NCBI GenBank assembly: GCA_963717525.1
Contig: OY970343.1
Span: 868,233 to 932,232 of the forward strand
Direction: 5' to 3'
DNA: 64,000 nt
Source: an uncultured Methanoregulaceae archaeon
Lineage (GTDB): Archaea > Halobacteriota > Methanomicrobia > Methanomicrobiales > Methanospirillaceae
A program made the translations under genes and the position numbers. Under the pieces are notes generated by a model. That model did not search any database, was not told the DNA's origin, and worked only from the letters and a program-made list of their open reading frames with translations. Within the stretch, counting starts at the first letter, position 1; every line of letters starts with the position of its first letter. Of the stretch, positions 20,666 through 30,300 are shown piece by piece.

Positions 20666-21436
20666 ATGACCATGCGCCCGTTTACCATTGCGCTCTCCGG
20701 AAAAGGCGGGACCGGGAAGACCACGGTGAGTTCCCTTCTTGTCCGGTCCTTCATCGATGCCGGCGAGATTCCGGTCCTTGCCGTTGATGCTGACCCGAAC
20801 GCGAACTTCCACGAGGCCCTTGGTGTTGAAGTGAAAGAGACACTGGGCAGCATGAGGGAAGAGGCTTTTTCCCGGAATATCCCGCCGGGCATGAACCGGC
20901 ATGATTATGTACGATTCCGGTTCCGGCAGGCACTAGTGGAGGCAAACGGGTTTGATCTCGTCGCAATGGGCCGTCCAGAAGGGACCGGCTGTTACTGTTT
21001 TGCAAACGATCTCCTCTCGGAATGCATGCAACAGCTCGAACGAGAGTACCGCTTTCTCGTGATCGACACCGAGGCCGGCATGGAGCATATCAGCCGGGGC
21101 ACGATAGGAAAACCGGATGTGCTTTTGATCGTGAGCGACCCCGGGGCACGGGGGCTCCGGACGATCGCACGGATCCGGGAGATCGCCACCCAGCTCGGGC
21201 TTGAGCGGAAAAAGATCCATGTGGTATTCAACCGGTTCAAGACCGGGGCTGCACCGGTGGATATTGGTGACGAAATCCCGATTGCGATTATTCCGGAAGA
21301 CCCTGCGGTCGAAGCGGCGGATCTTGCGGCAACCCCGGTTTCGCAGATACCGGAATCCAGCCCGGCCCGGCGTGAAGTCCGGGTCCTTGCAGAAAAACTG
21401 ATAAAAATGGCACGCGAGGACTCAGTGAACAAATAA
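20666..21436 (+). CDS. cooC: CooC/AcsF-type nickel-insertion ATPase
   Basis: Deviant Walker A GKGGTGKTT, VDADPN, MGRPEGTGCYC, DTEAGMEH. Confidence 0.92.
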   Translation: MTMRPFTIALSGKGGTGKTTVSSLLVRSFIDAGEIPVLAVDADPNANFHEALGVEVKETLGSMREEAFSRNIPPGMNRHDYVRFRFRQALVEANGFDLVAMGRPEGTGCYCFANDLLSECMQQLEREYRFLVIDTEAGMEHISRGTIGKPDVLLIVSDPGARGLRTIARIREIATQLGLERKKIHVVFNRFKTGAAPVDIGDEIPIAIIPEDPAVEAADLAATPVSQIPESSPARREVRVLAEKLIKMAREDSVNK

Positions 21437-21632
21437 ACACAGGAAATGCACTAGCTACACCTGTTAATTTTGCTCCGTCGCCAGGAAATCGGTAAAATCC
21501 TATTGATGCCTTCCCGCAGCGAGCGCCACTCCGGGGCATGGCAGGCAAGTGAGTAAACGGGTATCCTCTTCTCTCATTGTGCCAGCTCTTTTACATTACC
21601 CGTTTTCACCCTAGGATCCCGGTAAGTGCGTA

Positions 21633-21872
21633 GCGCAAAACCCGACGAGGCGTTTTGCGCGTCGGGCATCATTTAATTCACAAAGCTCCTAAAAACTCCT
21701 GTTGGGATTCCACCCCCTCCCTGCCCCGCAGGGAGTTGCACGGGCGCTTTTTCGTGCCTCTTGCTAAGCGCCGGTCTGGGGTTCTTGATCCGCCGCGGGG
21801 GTGCCCCTTCGGGGGCGGCGGCAATCCTCGTTCGAGGGGGTGTGGGGGCGAAAGCCCCCACGGTATCCCCTC
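21633..21872 (+). other. Multi-hairpin GC-rich structured intergenic element (candidate ncRNA or non-autonomous mobile element)
   Basis: Stems gcgcaaaa/ttttgcgc, ctccctgc/gcagggag, gcccc-TTCG-ggggc, gtgggggc-GAAA-gcccccac. Confidence 0.5.
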
Positions 21873-22044
21873 CACACAACCCGGATCATCCGGCCCGATC
21901 CGAAGATTTCCGGAAAAGTCCGCATCACGAACCGGAGATTCCGGAAAATGTCCGGCTCAGCTGCACTGAGATTCTCAGAAAAGGCCGGTCCGCGACCAGG
22001 CAATTTCCAAAAAAATTGGTCGTCCCCTACCCCCCATGGTACGG

Positions 22045-22284
22045 TCCGCAAAAAAACCGATCGGACCGATCGATCTCAAAACCGGTCAGGGCGGCCTCTT
22101 TTATTCCAGTGCCACAACATGCGCTTCCACTGGAGTTCCTGACGAGACGGGATGGTCGGTCCGGCCAATTTCAAAATTGATCGGGGCGATCATCAGCGCC
22201 CACGGATCAGGAAGTAGCCCCCCTCCCCCCGCTTTGTGCTCCGCAAAAAAAAATGATCGGACCGATCGATCTCAAAATCGATCA
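22045..22284. repeat. Two direct repeats of about 45 bp, 195 bp apart, with palindromic core gatcggaccgatc
   Basis: tccgc-A-tract..gatcggaccgatcgatctcaaaa at 22045 and 22240; partial third copy at 22300. Confidence 0.75.
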
Positions 22285-22476
22285 ACCCAACCACCCTTGT
22301 CCGCAAAAACTGGGGGTACCCCCATGATCATTTCCGGAAAAACCTTAACTCAGCCGCTTGAAGTTTTACAAAAAAACGACCGGGTCACGATCTTCAAGGA
22401 TTCCGGGAAATAGTCGGCATATCTGCCAAGGATTCCAAAAAACAAGGTGCGGGACAAATTCCCACGAGGGTAAAGA

Positions 22477-23019
22477 CTAGAGAAAGACCGCAACCGCAAT
22501 CACAGTCGTCCAGAGGCCGTTCTTGTCACCCTGCGCCGACTGGCAGACATGTTTTGTCCTGATGATCTTGCCACTTGCCTTGTAGGTCTGTTCGCGTTCC
22601 TGCCAGGCAGCATTGGCATCGAACTCGATGCCCAGCGTGGTCGCAAGCATCGTCGCCGCAAGATCCTCGGCATATTCCCCGGTCCGTTCCTGAGTCTCGC
22701 CATAGGCATGATGCTCGGAGAGGTAGCCGTACTCTTCCACATCCTTGGGGAGGGCGAGCCCGACCGCGGCTGAGACCAGCCGGTTGGGTTCGTTTGTCTC
22801 GTTCCTTGCCATCACGCAGAACGTGATGCCGCCGGACTGAAGTTCACGCAGGCCGGTGCGGGAGGGGATCTGTTTGCATTTGGGAGGGAAAATGCTCGAC
22901 ACGTAAACAAGGTTGCATTTTTCGATACCGGCTTTGCGCAGCGCCAGCTCGAACGACGCAAGTCGATCTTTATGAATTCCCACCCCCTTGGTGAAAAAGA
23001 TCCTCGATGGAACAAACAT
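22477..23019 (-). CDS. pdaD: Pyruvoyl-dependent arginine decarboxylase
   Basis: [21 protein letters not shown] (Ser-Ser cleavage site), GYLSEHH. Confidence 0.92.
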   Translation of the reverse strand: MFVPSRIFFTKGVGIHKDRLASFELALRKAGIEKCNLVYVSSIFPPKCKQIPSRTGLRELQSGGITFCVMARNETNEPNRLVSAAVGLALPKDVEEYGYLSEHHAYGETQERTGEYAEDLAATMLATTLGIEFDANAAWQEREQTYKASGKIIRTKHVCQSAQGDKNGLWTTVIAVAVFL

Positions 23020-23103
23020 AATTTTTATAGAACCTGTGGCTTTTTTAATTTTTGGTCAGGATTTTGTTCAACCGGGCCTTAATTTTCCCCGATCCAGGGT
23101 TTA

Positions 23104-23829
23104 TTACGGCCCGGTACGGGAAAGGGCGACCGGGATGTCCGCAACGATAGAAAGGAGTGCATCCATGCAGTCGATCACAAAATCGGCCCCGATAGGATCC
23201 CGGGTCTTGGAGAACCGGTCCCTGTACCGCGCATACACCGTGCGGATACCCAGGTGTTTACAGGGCTCGATATCCCTCCGCGGGCTGTCGCCGATAAAGA
23301 GGGCCTCCTCCGGTCGGGCGCTGACCGCGTCCAGGGCCGCAAGGAACGGGTCGGGGGCCGGTTTTTTTACCCCGACCTTATCATACGTCATCATACAGTC
23401 AAAGAAGGAGGCAAGGCCGCATTTTTCAAGCCGGAGCGTGGCGTCGGTATGCTCTGCATCGGTCACGACCGCCATCGCATATCCCCGTTTCCGTATCGCT
23501 GCAAGCGTCTTTCTTACCCCCGGGTAGGGCGTGATGTAACGGAGTTTCTCGCGTGCATAGATCCGGCAGGCCTGCTCGAACATGCCATTTATCGGGATCC
23601 TGCGTTCCTCCATGTATTGCCGGATATTTTCGGTCGATTCAAAACCATGGGAGCCGGTGAGAAAATACAAAAACAGTTCATCGCCATCATTATGGCCGAG
23701 GTGGTGCGCTACGCTGTCACATGCGGCAACCTGCGCCCCCACAAGGTCAAAGAGCGTGTTATCCATGTCAAATAAGATTGCACGGGCGGACCTCGTGCAA
23801 GGATCACCCCGGGGAAACTCCTGGTTCAC
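23104..23829 (-). CDS. HAD-superfamily hydrolase (start uncertain)
   Basis: FDMDNTL, VVTD, KKPAP, IGDS..DI. Confidence 0.88.
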   Translation of the reverse strand: MNQEFPRGDPCTRSARAILFDMDNTLFDLVGAQVAACDSVAHHLGHNDGDELFLYFLTGSHGFESTENIRQYMEERRIPINGMFEQACRIYAREKLRYITPYPGVRKTLAAIRKRGYAMAVVTDAEHTDATLRLEKCGLASFFDCMMTYDKVGVKKPAPDPFLAALDAVSARPEEALFIGDSPRRDIEPCKHLGIRTVYARYRDRFSKTRDPIGADFVIDCMDALLSIVADIPVALSRTGP

Positions 23830-23950
23830 GCAGAGTACATCAGTGCCGGTACACCAAAATAGGATCGATAGGGGTACCAGGAGAGGCATCCGGCTCATCC
23901 CTTAACCTGTCGTACCTGCCCCATATCTCCCGGGGATCCGGCTCTCGCGA

Positions 23951-24145
23951 TTATTTCCCGGAGATGATGGTATGTGCTTTCGGATCGACCTTGTAGGACT
24001 TCGGGTGGTCGAGAAGATCGAGCGCGTTGATCCTCATATCGATGAGTTCCGAGTAATTGAACGACTCGTATTTCTTCTCGCCCTCCTCTTCCCAGAAGAC
24101 GACGATCCCGTTCTCCATCTTCCTGCTGCTGACAACGTTATGCAT
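23951..24145 (-). CDS. Small hypothetical protein, 64 aa
   Basis: Compact ORF with natural composition (ESFNYSELIDMRINALDLL), co-oriented with neighbours. Confidence 0.65.
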   Translation of the reverse strand: MHNVVSSRKMENGIVVFWEEEGEKKYESFNYSELIDMRINALDLLDHPKSYKVDPKAHTIISGK

Positions 24146-24322
24146 AGTACCCGATCCGGAACGGGAGATAATGAATATTACTACATTTTTCCTATGGGAT
24201 GGCCTTCGAATGTGCAGTTTGATAGCCAGTCAGATCAGAGAGACGACGGGGATTATGTTGATCCAATGGGTTCTAAAAACGTCTGCAGAGAAGGTCAACC
24301 TAGAGAACCCAGTACCGGGTCT

Positions 24323-27300
24323 TCACTGCGCTTTTTCGTAACAGATCTTTGCATCCTCATGTTTACCCAGTCTGTCCAGCGTTGCACCAACGTCAGTCCA
24401 TACCTCCCTTCGCGAAGGGTCTATCTCAAGGGCACGTTTGAAGGAGGTCAGAGCTTCAGGATATTTCTCCAGTTCCTGCAGGGCACGCCCCTGGTGGATC
24501 CATGCATCTACAAAATCCGGTTGCAGTGAGATCATGGCCCTGAAAGATTCCGCCGCATCCTCGTACTGCCCGAGCGCCTCAAAAGCGCTGCCCCGGGTGA
24601 AGTACGCAATCGAAAACGAGGGGTCGATTCCAAGGGCCCGGTCATAGGATTCGATAGCGGTCTTGTGGTCCTGCAGGCCGGCAAAGGTCATCCCCCGGCG
24701 GGTCCAGCCAACCGCATTCTCCGGGTCAAGCCTCAGTCCTTCATCATACGCATCGCGTGCCTCAGCGAATTTCCCGAGATCGTAGAGGACATTTCCTTTG
24801 CCAAACCAGGCTGCAGCAAGGCCCGGGTTCTTTTCGAGCGCTTTCTCGAATGCATCCAGCGCATCACGGTACATACCAAGTTCAGCAAGGGAGGCCCCCT
24901 TGTGTGAGAATGCGTCGGCACCATGAGTGTCGAGTTCCAGTGCTTGGTCGTAGGATTTGATCGCTTCGCGATACTGTTCGATCGCCGCATAAGCAAGGCC
25001 CCGGTCCCGATAGATCTCGGCTGAATTTGGTTTTACGGCAATTGCGCGGTCGTACTCAGTGATGGCCGCATCATAACTGCCTTCGTCGTAGAGCGTCCTT
25101 GCCTTCCAGTAATGCGCCTGGTAACACGACGGATTGACTTCAAGTGCACGATCGAATGCCCGGATAGCCCCGTCAGGATTCTGGAGCGCAATATAGGCCC
25201 TCCCCTTCTGGAAGATGGCATCGGCATAGCCGGGACTTGTGGATAATGCCTGGTCATAGACCGCAAGCGCTTCCTTGAACTTTTCCAGGTGGAAAAGGGC
25301 TCGTCCCTTCTCATAGAGGGCCTCAGGGGAATCGCTCTTGATCTTCAGTGCTGAATCGAACGATGCCACTGCCTCCTCGTATTGTCCCCGACGTGCAAGA
25401 GCGACCCCTTTGTAATGATATGCCTCTGCGTATTGACGGTTGATCGCAAGTGCACGGTTGAATGCATCGACTGCCTCATCATCCTGTTTTCGCTTCAGGA
25501 GGGCAAGTCCCTTAAAGTAGAACGCGTCTGCCGATTCCGGCTGGAGGGCAATCACCTTCTCAAACGCAGCGAGTGCCTCCCCGGTCCGTTCGAGGTGGAC
25601 CAGCGCTCTTCCCTGGTTGAGAAGCGCAGGTGCATAGGAGGGATTGAAAGCAAGGGCGCGGCTATAGCAGTCAAGTGCTTCGTCATACCGGTCCAGGTTC
25701 GCCTCGGCTATTCCCCGGTAGAGCCAGGCTTCGGGATAGTCAGCCTGTTCTCTGATCGCCTGGTCGAATGCCGTAATCGCCTCATGGTACATGGCGACAC
25801 CGCACAGTGCCCGGCCCTTTGCGTAGAATGCCTTGGCACATTTCGGATGCTGGACAAGCGCTGCATCGAAGTTCTTGATTGCTTCCTGGTAACGGCCCAG
25901 TGCAGAAAATGAGAGCCCGGATTGGTAATAGGCACGTGCATCCTTTTTGTCAAGGCTGGTTGCCTTGGTAAAGCACGCGATGGCGTCTTTGTGACGGTCA
26001 AGTGCTGCGAGGGCCATCCCTTTCCCGGTCCAGACATAGGCATAGTTTGGCCGGAGCCGGAGCGCCAGATCAAAGGCGGCGGCCGCATCCCCGGGTTTCT
26101 GGAGCCGGAGGAGTGCCATCCCCTTATGGTAAAGCGCTTCGTCATGCTTGTGGTGCAGTGCAAGCGTGCTGTCGTACGCAATGACGGCCTCGCTGAACAT
26201 GGCCAATTCGAAGAGCGTCCGTCCCTTATAATAGTACGCTTCGACAAAATCCGGTTTTATTTCGAGCGCCCGGTCGAACGCCGCAACCGCCTCCTCAAAG
26301 GTGTTGAGTGCAAGAAGCGCCCGTCCCATCAGGTACCAGGCATCGGCATTTCTGGGATCGATCTCCAATATTTTCTTGTACGATCCAATGGCATCGTTGT
26401 ACCTGCCAAGGTCGAAAAGGACCATTCCCCTGTTGAGCCATCCCGGTACAGACCCGGGATCTGACTGGATAACGTGATCGAATGCCTCAATCGCCGTATC
26501 GAGTTTTCCGGTTGCGGCAAGAGAGATGCCTTTGCGGTAGAATGCCTCAGTGTTGCCGGCATCGAGATCGATGTCTTTGTTGAAGGCAAGGATTGCTTCA
26601 TCATGTCTTCCCAGCTCAGCAAGAGCAAGTCCTTTGTGGAAATAAACCCCCGCATAATTCTTATCGATGAGCAGGGTCTTGTCGAAGGTCTTAACCGCCT
26701 CACGGAACATCCCGAGCGCAGCAAGAGCCTTCCCCTTCTCGAAGAGCGCGTCGGAAAAGACGGGATCGATCTCCAGTGACGCGTCAAATGCTTTTGCCGC
26801 ATCTTCGGTACGTCCATCATGCGCAAGGGCTGCACCCTGGTAAAAATGAGTCTTTGCATCGGATGGCCGCAGAGCAAGGGCCGCGGAATAGCAGATTATT
26901 GCCTCCCGGTACCGGCCGAGCCTGTCGAGCGAGCGGGCTTTCTGGAACTGCGCGTCGAAATGCTCTGGCACGAGGTGGAGAACCTGATCGAACGCGGCAA
27001 TTGCGTCATCAAAGTGCCGGAGCCGGGTCAGTACACAACCCTGTTCGAACCATGCGTCAGCATTTTCCGGGGTATATACGAGAAGACGCTCAAATGCGTC
27101 TGCTGCCTCCCCATACCGTTCCAGTGCGGCAAGCGAGGCGGCCCGGAAGTAAAGGGCGCCGGGGTTCTTTGGATCACCGGCAAGGGCGATATCGAGCGCC
27201 GCAACAGCATCCCCGTATTTCCCGGCATAGAAAAGTGTTCTCCCACGTTCGAAATTCGCTACCGGATCCGATGGCGCAAGCTCAAGTACCCGATCGAAAG

Positions 27301-30300
27301 ATTCGATGGCTTCATCGTTTTTATTGAGCGCAGCAAGAGCCCTCCCCCGCTCCAGGTACGCTCCGGTATCTTCCGGCCGATGGTCTATTGCATGGTCAAA
27401 TGCTGCAACCGCCCCCTCGTAATGGCCCGAATGCATCAGCGCCCCGCCTTTTTTAACCCAGATCTCAGGGAGTGCCGGGTTGAGGGCAAGGGCGGCATCG
27501 AAGGCCATATCAGCATCATCATACCGTTCGAGTGCAAGAAGTGAGAGACCACGGAGGAATGCAGGTTCGTAATTATCAGTAATCTGGGTGAACGCAAGCC
27601 GGAATATTTCCTGCGCCTCATCATGCCGTCCGAGCGAGGCCAATGCCTTTGCCTTCTCAAAGAGGATCTCACCGTTCTCGGGTTCTCTCCCAAGTGCGAT
27701 GTCGAAGAGATGGATTGCATCCTCAAATTGCCCAAGCCGGGACCATGCCTTTCCATCAGTAAAGAGCAGGGGGAGGTCGTGGGGGTCGATCTGACGGGCC
27801 TTCTCAAACGCCTGAACTGCATCATCATCTCTGCCCAGGCGCTCGGAGGAAAGGCCGCGGTGGTACCAGGCTCCGAAGTGATCCGGCTTCAATGCAACCA
27901 TCCGGTCATATGCCGCGATTGCATCGGTAAACCGGCCGAGGCGTTCGAGCGCAAGACCAAGATAACAGGCAGCATCCCCAAACCCGGAGTCAAGCGCGAG
28001 GACACGGTCAAGCGAGGAGGCCGCCTCTTCGTCGCGTCCGAGTTCGAGAAGCGCACGGCCTTTCTCGTAATGCGCATCCGGTTTTGTATCGTCGCGGTCG
28101 AGGGCATCCGAGAATGCAGTGACCGCATCATCATACTTCCCGAGACGAGCAAGTGCCACTCCCTTTTCGTACCAGGAAGGGTAACAGCTCTTGTCTATAG
28201 CGAGGGAATGGTCAAAGGCATCAACCGCTTCGTCATAATGCCGTAACCGGGAGTGCGCATAGCCTTTGGCAAACCATGCCTCATAGTTTGCCGGGTCCAA
28301 CCTGATTGCAGCATCGAACGCGTTAACGGCGTCCCCAAACTTTTTCAGGTTTGTAAGAGCGAGTCCCTTGTTGAGGAATGCCGGGACATTCGTGGCATCG
28401 ATGGCGATCGCGGCATCGAATGCCGTAACAGCCTCCTTATTCTTTGCAAGCCGGGCCAGTGCGAGGCCCTTTTCGAAATGTGCGGCAGAAAAATTCGGGT
28501 CAAGTGAGGAGGCCATCTCGAATGCCTCGATAGCCTGCCGGTCCCGGCTGAGGTGAGCAAGTGCATTTCCCTTGTCGTAATAAGCGCTTGTATATTTCGG
28601 GTTGATGGAAAGGGCCCGGTCATAGGAGGGGATTGCCTCTTCGAACCTTCCAAGGCCTGCAAGCGCAACGGCCCGGTCATACCACCCGTTGGCATTTTCG
28701 GGCCGGAGTTCGAGGGCTTTGGTGAGCGCTTCGATGGCTGTCTTGAGATCCCCGTTCGAGAGAAGTACGCTGCCTTTTCTGAACCAGGCTGCCGTGCAGT
28801 CAGAATCTGCGGCAATGACCCGGTCAAAGCACTGGATCGCGTCAGGATACTTGTGTAACCCGGCAAAAGTCTTCCCTTTCCGGTACCATGCCGTGCTGTT
28901 CTCCGGCGTCAGTGCGAGTGCGCGATCGAACGATTCGAGCGCATCCTCCAACCGATCCTGGTCAAGAAGCACGCTTCCCTTGAGAAGCCAGACATCAGAG
29001 ACGTTGTTTTCCAGAGCAAGGGATTCTTCGAGAACAGCAAGGGCCTCTTCGGGCCGGGCAAGTTTTGCAAGCATCCTCCCTTTATGGTAGAGCACTTCCG
29101 CGTTCTGCGGCTCCGTTTCGAGAATCTTGTCAAATGCGGAAAGCGCTGGTGTATACCGGCTGCAGCCCGGCATAGGCAAGACCGGTGTGGAACAAGGCAT
29201 CTGTTATAGAGGGATCGTGTTCGAGTGCGTGTTTGAAGGAGCGTATCGCTTTTTCATACCTGCCAAGGGCAAACAGGGCCAGTCCCCGCTGGTAGTGCGC
29301 ATACGCATGTTCAGGCATGAACTGGATTGCCCGATCGAACGCCTCAATCGCCCCGGCATAATTTTTCAGCCGCAAAAGCGCAAGCCCTTTCTTATACGCT
29401 GCTTCCGGGTAGGACGGTTCGAGACCGAGGACAAGGTCGTATGCGCGAATCGCCTCTTCGTCATTTCCCAAAAGCGATAATGCTTCCCCTTTGGAGAACG
29501 CGGCATCCACGGATTTTGGATCGAGCAGCAGTGCCTGATCAAAGGCAGAAACGGCCCCGGCCCCGTCTTTTTCGGTAAGCAGCACCCCGCCTTTTGCAAG
29601 CCATATGAAAACGTTCTCCGGTTCAAGGGCGAGCGCCCTGTTGAGTGCATCGAGCGCCTTTGTGTGCTCACCCGTCTCCATAAGGGCCCTGCCCCGGTAA
29701 TACTGGATGACAGAGGTTTCCGGGCCAAGGGTCAGTGCGAGATCAAAGATCCCGGCTGCATCCATGTACCGTCCCAGCATGAAAGAGGCAAGCGCCTTCC
29801 GGAACGCGTAATCCTGCTTGGCAGGAGCGAGATCCAATGCCCGCCCAAACGCTGGAAGTGACTCGTCAAAGAGTTCCCGTTCGAAAAGCACCAGCCCTTT
29901 TTGGTACCATGCTGCCGCACACTCTCCGTCCAAGGCAATCGCTTGTTCAAACGATTCCTGCGCCTCATTGTGAAGCGCCATGTGCGAGTACGCGATGCCC
30001 TTGAAGTACCACGCTGCTGCATTTTTCCCCTCCAGGGCGATCAGTTTGTCAAATATCGCGATGCCCTCATCCCAACGCTCATTGTGGAGGAGGGATTTGC
30101 CCCGGTGCATCAGGATGAAGGCATTCTTTGGCTCACGCTTCTGTGCCTTTGCAAAGGATTCTGCGGCCTCTTTGAACCGGTTGAGCCGGTATAAAGCATA
30201 TCCTTTGCAGGCATAGATCTGTGCATTTCCCGCGTCAAATTCAAGGGCACGGTCGAGCGCGATTACGGCATCCTCGTACCGGGCAAGGTGGACGAGCGCG

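Noticed and set aside
21983-22330. CRISPR array
   Set aside because: Only two to three degenerate copies with 165-195 bp spacing; no regular repeat-spacer period and no cas genes
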